This document shows positions 33,653-55,251 of a stretch of 64,000 nt of DNA, piece by piece (within the stretch, counting starts at the first letter, position 1; every line of letters starts with the position of its first letter). The notes beneath the pieces are model-generated. The model saw nothing but the letters and a program-made list of their open reading frames with translations, did no database searches and was not told where the DNA came from. Source of the DNA: the human T2T-CHM13v2.0 reference genome, Homo sapiens; assembly GCF_009914755.1 (NCBI RefSeq), contig NC_060925.1; one strand, given 5' to 3'. A program made the translations under genes and the position numbers.

Positions 33653-36013
33653 TCCTGGGCTTTGAGGGATATTGGCTGGAAAAGGATATGAGATTATGAA
33701 AGAAGACTCAGTCTACTTGATATTTATGCCTAGTGCTAGCCCTGAGTGGGAGCTATATACCAGTAATAGATGGGGAAACACGGGGAAGAGATACTGCAGG
33801 GTTGTGGGTCATTACTCCAGGAAATGTCAACATAACTCCAATATCACTTTCAGTGTGTTGCTTTCATCAACTCCACAGCCTGCAGTTGACTCCTCCTTCC
33901 TTTGTGCTCCCATGGCTCCTGTTCACAGTTCTGTAATTTTCCATTTACAAAAATCTTCTCTTTGAGGCTCTCCTTAAAGACAGAAAGAGATATCTTCATT
34001 TTTTTCTTATTTCTCTGGTATACCTAGTGCCCAACAGGCACTTAGTAAATGTTTGCTGAGTGAATTTATGTTCGGAGGTAATGTCCCTAAGAAATCACAG
34101 TTATTTGACTGGGAGCCATAGAGAGCTCGGGCAGTAATAACGACTGCAAATTCAAAACTGTGGCTTACTGTAGTTGCAGGATTTGTATTAAAAAGGTGTT
34201 TCATGCTTTTACAACTCATCTTGTTCTTCATTTCAGCCTGTGTGAAACTGTGAATTGGCGATATGGGTGGGTGTAATCAGACTGGGGGCTGGCATGAGAT
34301 TTCTCATGCATTGCCATATGTGATTTGTATGTTTCATCTCGACATAACCAAGGTCAGTCTCTTGATATTACTCATAATTTTATGGCTGTATAAATCTGCT
34401 ATATCAATCTACTTCATGAATGGTGGAGTCCTTCACAGGCGAGGTCTGATGATGGATAAGCTCCCTAAGCTGCCAACTGGGTTACTGTTAAAAAACAGAC
34501 TTGCATATTATCTGCTTAGAAGTGACCTTGAGTTCAAAGAGTTAACATGAGAAAATATGGGCTTTTTCTTTAGACTTTATTAGATAGACTTCAGTCTGTT
34601 TCCATGGAGCTGTTGCCAAGGTATATGCCATAGAAATTTCTCCAAGACAATGTTTCACTCCCCTAAGGCCCTCTTCTTAATTGGCATTGAATCTATCTAA
34701 ACTTGAGAAATTCAACTAATTTGTAGATTTTTCTTTTGACTAGTTGAAATATCTGTCTATTCTCACTTGACCCCAATCCTCTTACCCCACAGTATTGCTA
34801 AGAGCTGGAGGAAAGGAGCCTAAGTTAAAGATCAAACACATGACTCTTTGAACACTTATTTTAGGGAACTCAAATTGAGAAAGATGACAAAGGATGTTTT
34901 TTCTGATGTATGAATTTATATTTATCGGGGAAAATCTTTCAAGAGTATACATATTAAGTCACATTTTGTTATAACTTCAAAGGATCATTTTAGAAAAATA
35001 AAATTTATAAAATCGGGATTTTCTGGGAAACATGAGACATATAGTCATCATTGTGTACAGAGAGTACTGAGGGAAAAAAGACACCAGAGCTCATTCATTC
35101 GTTTTCCAAAACTCCACATAGTCCTACAGGGCTCACTTTCTTACTCCATTCACATCTCTGCTCAAATGCCACCTGCTGTGGTCCCTCTATCTAAAAGATC
35201 AGGCCTTCTCCTCTCCACACTCTCTTTTCTCTGCTTTACTTTTCTTCATAATCTTTATCTCCACCTGACCTTGTATTATATATGTATTTATTGCCAATCT
35301 CCTGTCTAGAAATTATCTCACAGGGCTGGGACTTTCATGTGTTCATTGCTCTGTTTCCAGCAGCTAGGACTGTGCTTATTGGACATTCAGAAAAGAATAT
35401 ACCTATATGAAGTGAGACATTGGCAACCTTCAAAAGGGTAGCCTCAGAAGAGTAGCTCACAAGCCAAACTTGTCACAGTCGCCACTTTTATGCTCTAAGT
35501 TCCTGTAGTTAGTTAGACATGTCATTAGGAGAGGGGACTAATGGTTCTTGCTGCACATAGAACCATCCATGAACATGGCCTGAGATGTGTCCAAAGGTCC
35601 CCTTAACTAAAAATATTGCCACCTACTTCTCCCCTCATTCCCACGATGCTCGAAATTCTAAAGAGTCATTCCCAGGAATCATAATCATTTTGACCTTATT
35701 AAGGCATTGGACTTCTTGAGAGAGCCAATAAATAATCAGACTGTGTTGACCTGGTTATCCAATCAGGACTCACGGCCACCTGTGTGTAGGAAGGTCTGGA
35801 GCCTGTGGCCCCAGGGACTGGGAAATCAGAGGCAGTGAGTCATCCTTGACACAAGGGGGCAGGAGAGAGCAGTGATAATCCAGGGGCTAGAAGCCTGGCC
35901 TGGAAAGCTTCCCCTACACTAGGGAGGGTTGGGTAGTCTCAAGGTAGAGGGACTTCCCATGGAGAGATCACAGTGTGATTCCTGGTTCCTTCACTTATGG
36001 ATTCTGAGGATGA

Positions 36014-37168
<1,155 letters not shown>

Positions 37169-37523
37169 TCATCAATTATTTTACAATCCAGTGATTTTCA
37201 CAGCCTTTTGTAAGAATGGCCCAACTGGTTAATGGACAGGTTAAAGGGAACATGATTTAGAACTATCAAGTAGCCATTGCACCTAGCCTAAGAGTTTTTG
37301 GTTGTGTCGTTCGGGTTCTCCAGCACTATCTGTCAGAAGCTGATGAGACTGGGCAGGAGATGCCTTTTGAGAAGTAGCTTGACTGGTTTAGACAGAATAC
37401 CAAATTCTAAATTGTATATTTCAGCTTAATAAGTGAGTTGATGCTGATGATCTATCTGTTCATGGAAAGGGAGAGAGAGACTTAATTTCAAAATTATTAG
37501 GGCGAGAAAAGAGAAATGGAAGA

Positions 37524-37605
37524 TTAGATCAAATGATATGAAATTGCCATTTTTATAGGTCAAAAATGGTCAAATATTGGCCTTTCCAAATGATTCGAAA
37601 TCTGA
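37524..37605. mobile_element. MADE2 mariner MITE (about 80 bp, palindromic)
   Basis: atatgaaattgccatttttataggtcaaaaatggtcaaatattggc matches the MADE2 core. Confidence 0.75.
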
Positions 37606-37997
37606 TTATGTCTGCAACAAATCCTGGTGGGATATAAATTATCACAAGTTTTAATGTACTAGGAGAGAGAGGGTACCTGGACTTTTCCTCATCTTTTCTG
37701 TTGTGAGTTACTGACTGAACATGTGTCAGTCAACTTCCCACCACAGCAGAGGTAACATTTTAAAGGCCCAGCTAAGGAGCAAGCATGACTTGTTCCTGTG
37801 GAGGCACCAGATGGGTAACTGGGCCCATGGCAAATGAAGAGGAAGGGACTGTGATGTCCTGGAGCAGAGCCACGCTGGGCTGAACCAGTGGTGGATGGGT
37901 GTGACTGAAAAAGCAAGTCCAGCCTTTAGGTGCCTGGACTTTGAAGTCAAGGCTGGCTGGTGGAGAACAACTGTTTCAAAACCAGGCATCAGAATTA

Positions 37998-38402
<405 letters not shown>

Positions 38403-39432
38403 CTATCTACCTCTTTTAACTTCAGATAATGCAAATTCTTGTGAAAATTACATTTTTATAAGAAAGCAAAGTTACATGAATTGTAAATATTATGTTTGGA
38501 GATGATGCTGGTGATACTTAACTGGAATAAATCCTGCTGTTGGGCACTAATGCCCCAAGTTGTTAATACTGGAGGTTTTTTTGCTTGTTGGCATCTATCA
38601 GGAATGTAGACCTCAGAGATCATAAAAATAGAAAACCCAGATTCCAGGGGATGTTCTACACCAACCCAGCTTAGCTCAGCAACACAGCATCTTTTTTTCT
38701 TCCTTCTTTTTTCTCCTCTCCACATTCTCTGTCTGGAGTCTGCTCTCCGTGGGGATTTTTTCCCATGAAAAACTATGGAAGTGATTCCTCCCTCTTTCTT
38801 TTCCCCTCACTCCCTCAACTCCAGCCACAGGCCTTTGTGCTGCTCCTGGAATGTGCCAGGCATGTTCTTTCCAGGGGCCTTTGCATGGCCCTTCTTGTCC
38901 AGACTGCTGTCCCCAGACACCTGCCTGTCTCCCCAACTCCTTGCAGGCACTTGCTCAGAATTCAGCTTTGTGGGAAACCTTCCTTAATACGCCTTCCTTT
39001 TTTAAATAGTGTTGCCCATTCCTCTTTGCAGTTTTATTTTTCTTCACTGTACTTTAAAAAAATTATATATTTTATTTTCTAGTCTGTCTTCTCCCCTTCC
39101 CCCGACTAGGGTGTAGACTCCATGAGGGCAGACATTTTTATCTGTTTGGTCTGGTACAAGCTTAGGGCCTAGAAGAGTGGCTGGCACAGAAGAAGCATTG
39201 GATATACAAATCAATATTAAGGAAGTGTGAGAACTAATATTCACAACTTGTTCCTCCTTTTGGGTCCTCCTTCTTTAGACAGTTGTGTACCTCCAGTGTA
39301 GCCACAAAACTTTCCAGATGTGAAAAAATAGAACTATTTCAAAATCAATTGCAGAATATATATAGTACCCTTTGCAGATCCCAGATTGCAGTTCAACTCT
39401 CCATTCACCAGCCTTCCCTTGAATCAAAGATA

Positions 39433-40045
<613 letters not shown>

Positions 40046-40673
40046 ATCCAGGTTAAATAGATTCATATTCATTTCAGCATATTTCATTATTCCAAACCAC
40101 AGAAATAAAGTGTTTCACCAACAATTTAATTCACCCAATATTTACCAAGCTACTACCATGTGCCAAGCTCCCTGTGCTAAGCTTTGCAGGAAATACAAAG
40201 GAAAAAAGCAAAGTCCCTGTTCTTAAGTGCTTTAAGATTGAGAAGCAGGTAGAAGGTAGTAAGCAGAGGGAAACAGAAGGCAGAATCTGGTAGCTATTGG
40301 TTTTACGACAGAACTCATGCTCTGGTGCAATCTCTGGCTCTTGTTTGCATAAGAACCAACACTTTTATGAAGAGGCTCTCATGACTACCCCAGAGGCTTC
40401 CACTGTCTTCCCTCCCAACCCAAGCCCTCACCCACCACAGGAAGGGAAGGGGGAAGTAAAAGGTCAAAGCAATACAGAGGGACATTGGGACCTTATGCTG
40501 CCCCAGCCTGTGGGAGGCCAGCCTCCATCCTGTTCAGTATTGCAGCTGACATGCAGGATAACACCTGCGAGGGAGGAGCCCATGGGGCGGGGATACCTAC
40601 TCTGAACCCTGCCAAACTGCTACACCCCAGCTCCAGGAGCAAGGAGAAAGAAGTGCTAACAATGATTTTAATT

Positions 40674-41495
<822 letters not shown>

Positions 41496-42884
41496 TGATC
41501 TTTTTTCTTAACTATATGCTTATAAATGAGGAGGAAGGAATGAATATCATTAAGTGGTATTCACCCTTGCAAGATTCTCTATAGTGGCAAGGGCCAGGTT
41601 AGAAGATCTGAATGTAGGGGAGGTCCTAAAGGTGATGGCAGCAGCAGGGTGGGCAATCTGGAAAGACTGGGGAAGTGTTGTGTAGTACAGCTCTTAGACA
41701 CAGGCAAGAGAAGCCCCTGGATATGGCCCCACATTCAGAGAGCCCCACTCTGGCCCTCTGCTACCCACATCCTTTCCCACAGAGCGAGGAGTGCGTGAGG
41801 CTGAGGGGAGGTGGTAACCCTGTGTCTGGGCCCCTCCACTCTAGACCAGACTCCAGGCACCCAGGAACCTGGAGTTCCCCACTCAGCTGACTCAGAGCTG
41901 CTGAGGTTTACACAACAAACTCGCACTTTGGCCCATCCTCCTAAAGGTGGACTGGCTGCCCTTGAGGGCCTTGCTAGGCCTGAGGGGTGGCCAAGAGGTG
42001 GGAGGATCACTTAAGCCCAGGACAAGCTCAGACAAGAGGCAGTTTGTGGCTGAGCCTGAATAAAAAAGTAGAGGTGTTTAATTGTGGGAGGCCCTTGGCA
42101 GTGCTGGAAGGAGCAAGAAACAGGAAGAAAAAGAGGTGAGTCTCAGGCTGAGGGCCGGGGACTGGAGGGAGACACCAGCTTTCTCTGTGCCGCCCCATTC
42201 AGGCCCAGAACTTCACACAGTGTGAGATTTTTTAATTTGAACTTGGTCTTCGAAGCCATACAAAGGGCAATCTCTCAAGGTGGGGGGATAGAACATATTT
42301 CAAGTTTGTTAGATTGATTTATTCCTTTTAAATATGTGGATCTCTGGTATGTGAGCCTCCATCTGTCATCTCAATTTAGCCATGAAATTTTAGGGATGAT
42401 CCTGTTTTAGGGATGAAATGTTTTTGGAGGTGGGTTTTGAGGACTGGGAAGGATTTAGATGGGTCAGAATGGCAGGAGATAACAGGACAAAAGGCTTGGA
42501 CATGGGCATCTGCAGACACCGGCAGGCAGAGTAGGGGAAGAAAGCCATTGTGGCTGCATACCTTCTATTTGCCAGCTTTTGGGGATGGCATGGGGTACGT
42601 AGCCTTCTCAGCCTGGGCTCCACCTCCCAGGCATCGCCTCTGCCCGTGACGCCTGTCACTGTGCTCCAGACGTCCCAGGCCATTTGGTTCCCATGCACGC
42701 CCCGCCTTCTCGAACCTCCTGCTTGCACATGTGGTCTCTGCCCTGCTCCCCCTGCCCGCCCTCCTGCATCCCCTCCCAGCCCCTCTGCCTACTCACCTCC
42801 TACCTGTCCCTGAGACCTCCCTAAGACATCACCTTCTCTGGAAGTCTCTCCTAAGGGCCCACACCAGCTTGGATCCCATAACAC

Positions 42885-44304
42885 TGAGAGGTGACAGCGT
42901 GCTGGCAGTCCTCACAGCCCTAGCTCGCTCTTGGCGCCTCCGCTGCCTGGGCTCCCACTTTGGCGGCACTTGAGGAGCCCTTCAGCCCACCGCTGCACTG
43001 TGGGAGCCCCTTTCTGGGCTGGCCAAAGCCGGAGCCCGCTCCCGCAGCTTGCAGGGAGGTGTGGAGGGAGAGGCGCGAGCGGGAACCCGGGCTGCGGGCG
43101 GCGCTTGCGGGCCAGCTGGAGTTCCAAGTGGGCGTGGGCTTGGCGGGCCCTGCACTGGGGGCAGCCGGCCCTGCCGGCCCGGGCAATGAGGGGCTTAGCA
43201 CCCGGGCCAGCGGCTGCGGAGGGTGTACTGGGTCCCCCAGAAGTGCCAGCCCACCAGCGCTGCAGCTCGATTTCTCGCCGGGCCTTAGCTGCCTTCCTGC
43301 GGGGCAGGGCTTGGGGACCTGCAGCCCGCCATGCCTGAGCCTCCCACCCCCTCCATGGGCCTCTGTGCGGCCCGAGCCTCCCCGATGAGCGCCACCCCTG
43401 CTCCACGGCGCCAGTCCCATGACCACCCAAGGGCTGAGGAGTGCGGGCGCACGGCGCGGGAATGGCAGGCAGCTCCACCTGCAGCCCCAGTGGGGGATCC
43501 ACTGGGTGAAGCCAGCTGGGCTCCTGAGTCTGGTGGGGACGTGGAGAACCTTTATGTCTAGCTAAGGGATTGTAAATACACCAATCGGCACTCTGTATCT
43601 AGCTCAAGGTTTGTAAACACCAATCAGCACCCTGTGTCTAGCTCAGGGTTTGTGACTGCACCAATCGACACTCTGCATCTAGCTACTCTGGTGGGGACTT
43701 GGAGAACCTTTGTGTGGACACTGTATCTAGCTAATCTGGTGGGGACGTGGAGAACCTTTGTGTCTAGCTGAGGGATGGTAAACGCACCAATCAGTGCCCT
43801 GTCAAAACAGACCACTGGGCTCTACCAATCAGCAGGATGTGGGTGGGGCCAGATAAGAGAATAAAAGCAGGCTGCCCGAGCCAGCAGTGGCAACCGTCTC
43901 GGGTCCGCTTCCACACTGTGGAAGCTTTGTTGTTTCGCTCTTTGCAATAAATCCTGCTGCTGCTCACTCTTTGGGTCCACACTGCCTTTATGAGCTGTGA
44001 CACTCATGGCGAAGGTCTGCAGCTTCACTCCTGAAGCCAGCGAGACCACGAGCCCACCAGGAGGAACGAACAACTCCAGACGCACCGCCTTTAGAGCTGT
44101 AACACTCACTGCGAAGGTCTGCAGCTTCACTCCTGAGCCAGCGAGAGCACCAACCCAACAGAAAGAAGAAACTCCAAACACATCCGAACATCAGAAGGAA
44201 AAAACTCCAGACGCGCCACCTTAAGAGCTGTAACACTCACCGCGAGGGTCCACGGCTTCATTCTTGAAGTCAGTGACACCAAGAACCCACCAATTGCGGA
44301 CACA
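42885..44304 (+). mobile_element. Solo LTR12 (ERV9, LTR12C-like) in the MR1 intron, sense orientation
   Basis: Starts TGAGAGGTGACAGCGTGCTGGCAG, ends CCAATTGCGGACACA; CpG-rich U3, repeated CCAAT units, GATA site, U5 repeats. Confidence 0.95.
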
Positions 44305-44551
44305 CCACCACCCATAATGCCACCTTGAAACCACTTTGTCTCCGTCAGGCCCTAAGCTTCTTGGACAAGCGGAGAGAAGTTCAATGTGGGAACAGCAGGG
44401 AGGGCCAAACAGTTTTGTTTCATTTTGGTTTACTTTTAACCCTTATTACAATCCTTATAACTAGTAAGTAGAAAAAGAATAAGAAAATGGTTAACAGCAG
44501 TGGTTTGACATAATAGGAAAAGCACTGTGCTTTAAAAAAAAAAAAAATTTC

Positions 44552-45858
<1,307 letters not shown>

Positions 45859-46225
45859 TCATTTATTCACCAGAGGCTTCTTTGGTAAAAGAAGAAGGCT
45901 GCGTCATCAGGGTTTTCAAGCCTTCAGAGTTCCCGAGGGCTCCCGCAGGGACAGCTCCCCCTGTATCCCCAATGAGTGGTCTTCTCCCTTCCCCCTACAA
46001 CCATAGCAGCACTCTATATTTTGTCTACAAGTTGAGATTACCTATAAAATTCCATCCTGCATTTGCAAACCTGAACGAGAAAGGCTCCAAGTCACTGGTC
46101 TGGAGCTCTTACGTCCTGTCCAGGCCCCGGTTCCTGGGTTCTGTGGTTCTGTAAGAGGAAATGGCAGCTGGGGCGTGGAGGCCTGGGTACAGCTGAGTAG
46201 GGAGCACTCGTGTGGGGCTAAATGA

Positions 46226-46666
<441 letters not shown>

Positions 46667-47248
46667 TGAGGAATCAGGTTGGTGGAGTTCAGGGCCTCCC
46701 ATCTGCCTGTGCATCTTCTGGACTGTCCCTCTCTCCCCCAGGAGCACTCTGTCATTTGCCCCACCCACTCTTCCCCATCTCTGTATCCGTATCTGCATCC
46801 CATTTCCACTCAGGCTTCTGATATGCATCTCCTTTTCCATTCTAAATTTGCCCATTCTGCGTCTCACTTCCTGGTAGTCAGGCCTAGTGACTTGCTTATG
46901 CGTATCGACAGTAACTTTCCCAGGGGTATTTCTGGCTCCTGCATCTCTCTCCCTCCTCCACTGCAGTCAGAATAGCCACAAAGTTTATCAGTCATTCCCA
47001 TTACAGGATAACTCCCCAAGGCGGGAATTAGCACACTCCTTTGACAGGCAGTAGGTACTTCACAGATACCTGCTGACAGGTGGGCTTCCATAAGGGGGAC
47101 CTCCTGGGGACTCAGCGATGCCATGGCAGGCCTGGGGGGTGACATAATGTAGACCAAAGGATGCTTCCAGCCATGCCCCTGCTCCCAGCACTTGAGAGCC
47201 CACCTCTGTCTCTGTGTGGACCCCTCTGGGCTTCTGTGTGTGTTCCAG

Positions 47249-47524
47249 GGTCTCACACTTACCAGAGAATGATTGGCTGTGAGCTGCTGGAGGATGGAAG
47301 CACCACAGGATTTCTGCAGTATGCATATGACGGGCAGGATTTCCTGATCTTCAATAAAGACACCCTCTCCTGGCTGGCTGTAGATAATGTGGCTCACACC
47401 ATCAAGCAGGCATGGGAGGCCAATCAGCATGAGTTGCTGTATCAAAAGAATTGGCTGGAAGAAGAATGTATTGCCTGGCTAAAGAGATTCCTGGAGTATG
47501 GGAAAGACACCCTACAAAGAACAG
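47249..47524 (+). CDS. MR1: MR1 alpha-2 domain exon (276 nt)
   Basis: ttccag|GG TCT CAC gives [17 protein letters not shown]...[22 protein letters not shown], donor G|gtaaag; MHC-I alpha-2 cysteine pair. Confidence 0.98.
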
Positions 47525-47947
47525 GTAAAGAGAAAGAGAAGGCCTCATTCCCACATTGCCTGAACAACTGTTTTTATACGTAACTCTTTTAATCTAGGTT
47601 ATATCCACTGTATCCTGAAAGCCATCTCTTTAGTTGGCCTATTGTGATCTCATGGCTAGAGCCCCCACGAAAACTTTCCCTGGTTACTTTTGAGCAGCAT
47701 CTTGACAAGATTTGACAGTTCCCCTTGTCTTGACAGAGTGGAGTACCTCCAAGGGCACCTTGTTTTTAGGGATCTATTGAGGCAAATTCTTCCATTCCGT
47801 CAATGATAAGCTGGGAAATTCTTTGGGAGATAGAGCAATTCTTACAAACTGTTTAGTTAACAAAGGGCTCACACACCACCAGTAGGAGTAAAAATCTGGA
47901 TTTACCAAGACAAACAGAAGGTCTCTGCTTTACTAAAGGATTAATGA

Positions 47948-48229
47948 GGTTGGGCATGATGGCTCATGCCTGTAATCCTAGCACTTTGGGAGGCTGAGGC
48001 AGGAGGATTGCTTAAGGCCAGGAGTTTAAGACTGGCCTGGGTAACATTGTGAGACCCTGTCTCTATTAAAAAAAAAATTAGCTGAGCATGGTGGCACATG
48101 ACTGTAGTCCCAGATACTCAGGAGGCTGAGGTGGGAGGATCTCTTGAGCCTGGAAGGTCAAGGCTGCAGTGAGCCATGATCATGATCAGCCTGGGTCACA
48201 GAGCAAGACCCTATTTAAAAAAAAAAAAA
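47948..48229 (+). mobile_element. Alu (AluJ)
   Basis: Diverged full Alu. Confidence 0.9.
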
Positions 48230-49446
48230 GTATTAATGATAAGATTCCTTTCAGCAAAGAGCTCCTCTTATACCTTAAAGATATGATTCAGTTGGTCAAC
48301 TTTTAGTTCATATAGAACTTTTCATGTATGATCTTGTTATTCAAAATTAATCACACCTGTATGATGCTACAGGAAACTCCTAGATACAATGTGTGTGGGA
48401 AGAGTATGGGAAGCTCCCCTCTCCAGGCCTCTGTCTACATTCAGTGTCCTAATGGATTTTCAACCTTTTGGTCAAAACACACTCCTAAAAAAACAAACAA
48501 AAAAAAAAAAGAAAAGAAAAAACACATTCCTAGAAAAGGATCTTGGATTAATTTCTTACAGGCCCTATCAAAAAGCACAGTCCCTCCTAGTAGCATTTAT
48601 TTTACTTTTAATGTTGGAAAGCCTTTTTCTACTACCAAATATCATGCCTCGGTAAAGAGACAAGGAAAGCATTGTTGGAGTGAAGGCTCTTCTCCGTATT
48701 GGGTTGGCCGATGATAAGGTGGGGGTCAGGAGGCAAGTCAGAGATGAGCAGGAAGCAGTCCCCCCCAGATAGTGCCTTTGGTCTCGGTATGGCTGTTTGA
48801 CCCAATTTCAGCAAGAAACATTAAGGACAGGACTGTATGGAAAATTAAGAGTAGTCATGAGGAAGCAAGGTCACACGTGGGTACTTCTTTGGTGTCACTG
48901 CTGGAGCCCTTCTATGATATCAGTTTCTTCGAAGGCACAACCATGGCATGATCTACTACATATGTTTGTACCTGATGGCAGTCATCAAAATGCCAGCGCA
49001 AGTACACAAGGCAATTCGGAGCCAAAACTGAGTGGGGATGGCTGTGTTATTTACGTGCACTAAACACAGAAATGAGAACAAGGAGTTCTAATCTCCAATC
49101 TATTGCTGACTTACTTATTGGGAACAGTCACTTACACATTTTATGGGTCAGTTTTCCTTGACACATAAAGGTATTTCAAAGGTTACTAGTAAACAACCCC
49201 AGCACACTTTCCAAACAGTCAAAGCTGTATGACTTTCCCCCCTTAGAGGATGGAGCATGGGCCAACTCCACATTCTTCACTACCTAGCACCTTGCCATCA
49301 TGGAAGGTATACGTAAATACGTTTGTTGTTGATGAACCTGAGTTCTGGGTCATTCTTAGCTTTAGAAGTTTCCTGCAATAAAGAAAAATTAGGAAAGCCA
49401 GTTGCCAAGTTCTAATATTATATGCTCAGTACATAAGGCACTTTGA

Positions 49447-49875
<429 letters not shown>

Positions 49876-49879
49876 TAAA

Positions 49880-50740
<861 letters not shown>

Positions 50741-50808
50741 AAGTCCCAGAAAGTTAACACAGAAGGGAAAGGGGACTTGTGGATTTTTTCTCATTTGCTT
50801 GCTTTCAG

Positions 50809-50913
50809 AATCAGAAACTATCCCTCTTGTGATGAAAGCTGTCTCTGGGTCCATTGTCCTTGTCATTGTGCTGGCTGGAGTTGGTGTTCTAGTCTGGAGA
50901 AGAAGGCCCCGAG
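50809..50913 (+). CDS. MR1: MR1 transmembrane exon (105 nt)
   Basis: tttcag|AA TCA GAA gives ESETIPLVMKAVSGSIVLVIVLAGVGVLVWRRRPR, donor G|gtgaga. Confidence 0.97.
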
Positions 50914-51804
50914 GTGAGAGGCACATGGAAGGGATCCAGGGGGCTGCAGACTCTCCTGCATCTCTCCAGTTTTATTTTCTGCACCTGCTGCTCCATCCTC
51001 CATTCAGAAATGGCTTGGCTCTCAGGCTGGGATCACAGAAGGACCTGGGACAACCCTCCCACCATGTAGGGGACACAAAGCATGGATAAAGCTTACAGGG
51101 AGAGTGGTCTCTTTTCATAGGTGATGCCTGACATCAACAAACTAGTACATCTGTCCAGGGGAACTGTCCCCCTAGAAGTTGGGTCAGAGAAGATATGGGG
51201 ATCTTGATTTGTCTTTTTCCAAACCATCTTTTTATTATTAATTACTATTGACTTCTGGGGCAGTGTCCTTTGTTTCAAGACTTCAGTCAGTTTTCCCATT
51301 TTGACCACCATTCTTTCATCCCAAGCATATGAAAGTCCTTTTCCTTGTAAATTCATTATTCAAAACATTAAATATGTAAGAGTAGATACCTTCAGGGAAT
51401 GGGACTTAGAGTAAGGAAAAGGGGAGGAGAAGTAGGAGATATATAGGCTCTTGATAATGTGGAATAACATAAATTCATTCAGTAAGTATACATTAATGAC
51501 CTACTGTGCTCCAGGCACTGTACTGGTTGCTGGGATATAACAATGAACAAGACAGATACGATCCCTGTTTTCATAGAGCTTACAATAGAGCCTGGTAAGG
51601 TTATCTCCTGGCTCTGGCTTCACTAATTGCTCAAATTGATCACAGGATAGTACCGATGAGACCATGCTTTGAACCCAAAGTGGACCAGAAGTTTGGTTTT
51701 CCTTCATAGACATAGACCTCAACTCCAATTCAGGTGATAACTGTACAAAAGCATGTTGTTAGATCAAAGTAAAACCAACCCTTTTACTAGAAAATCAGCT
51801 CAGA

Positions 51805-52130
<326 letters not shown>

Positions 52131-52461
52131 ATCAGCTCAGAGAGTTAATGGGTTGTTAATGTTTTCTTTATAGATAAAGTACAGCACTAATCCTAATCCA
52201 ATAAATGATAGTGAAACAAACAAAAAATTTTTTTACAATGACATCCCTCTCTCAATAATTATACAGACTGTGAGTTCCTGCTTTTTATCTTATAGAGTTT
52301 ACAAATTTGAGCTAAAGTTTGTCAAGTACTAAGAGAATCTTGACAAAGCAAGCTAAAACTGTCGATGCCTGTTTCTCAGATTTTGCTGAACACTGCATAC
52401 TTTATTTTTGAGCTGTGAGGAAACATTCTTGTAATCTGACTAAAAACCCCTTTCCTTTCAG

Positions 52462-52502
52462 AGCAAAATGGAGCCATCTACCTTCCAACACCAGATCGAT
52501 GA
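52462..52502 (+). CDS. MR1: MR1 cytoplasmic tail exon with stop (EQNGAIYLPTPDR*)
   Basis: tttcag|AG CAA AAT ... CGA TGA; the six exons sum to 1026 nt = 341 aa plus stop. Confidence 0.97.
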
Positions 52503-53320
52503 TTACAGATCCCTCTTTTCCAGTTCTCCTTCCTCTAGGAGCCATGTTATCCTCTGTCCCCCATAGAGTCAAGCCTAGTGCTTGAAGGTCCTGACGACAC
52601 CCACAACATACATGAGAGTAATGGGATTGAGCATTTATGGCAGCAACAGAGGAGCCACAAAATGTTCTTTGTTCTTTGGCTCCAAAAAGACTGTCAGCTT
52701 TCAGTCTCTTTTGATGGACTGTTTTATCAGAGTTGACTTTAAATACAGCTTGTCTCATGACACAACGCTTCCCTACATTCTATTTGTCAATGATGATTTG
52801 CAACTAGTTGGAGATTCTCAGAGCAGGAAGGAATCTTTTCAACCAGAGCAGGAACTGTCTTCTGCAATGCCTTGGACTTGAGCCTCCAGCCTCCACTTGA
52901 ACACCATGTGAAGGGAACCTCAGTACTTCATAAAATGGCCTTTCTCATTCATCTTTCATGGGAACATTTATTGTACAAGCGCTTTGAATATCATGGGCAC
53001 CATGACTGTGACCCTACAGGTAGGATTGGATCACTCCATGAGAGTAGCCGGCAGGTTTCTACAATGGCCTGGGAATGGACTGATTATTTTTATACATTTT
53101 CTGGCCTGAGAGAAAGCCAAAGTCCCCTGCTGTTCACAGCAACCCTGCCTGGGAGCTTGGAATCTTGGTAATCTGCCCGGTTGGATCTATGGAGGTAGTC
53201 TCACCCTTTTTGTCTTTTGTGGGAAATTAAGAGAAATAATTATCAGACATATCATCACCTCCAGTGGAACTACAGAGACCTGGACCCAGCTGCACTATTT
53301 TAATGTAAAAATAACAGTAT

Positions 53321-55251
<1,931 letters not shown>

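Noticed and set aside
42912-43502. Overlapping 135-196 aa ORFs on both strands
   Set aside because: They lie in the GC-rich LTR12 U3 where stops are rare; no retroviral gag, pol or env similarity.
43530-44240. Regularly spaced direct repeats resembling an array
   Set aside because: Normal U3 and U5 internal repeats of LTR12; not CRISPR or a novel array.
46864-47445. 193-aa ORF antisense to the MR1 alpha-2 exon
   Set aside because: Shadow ORF of a coding exon with no independent gene signals.
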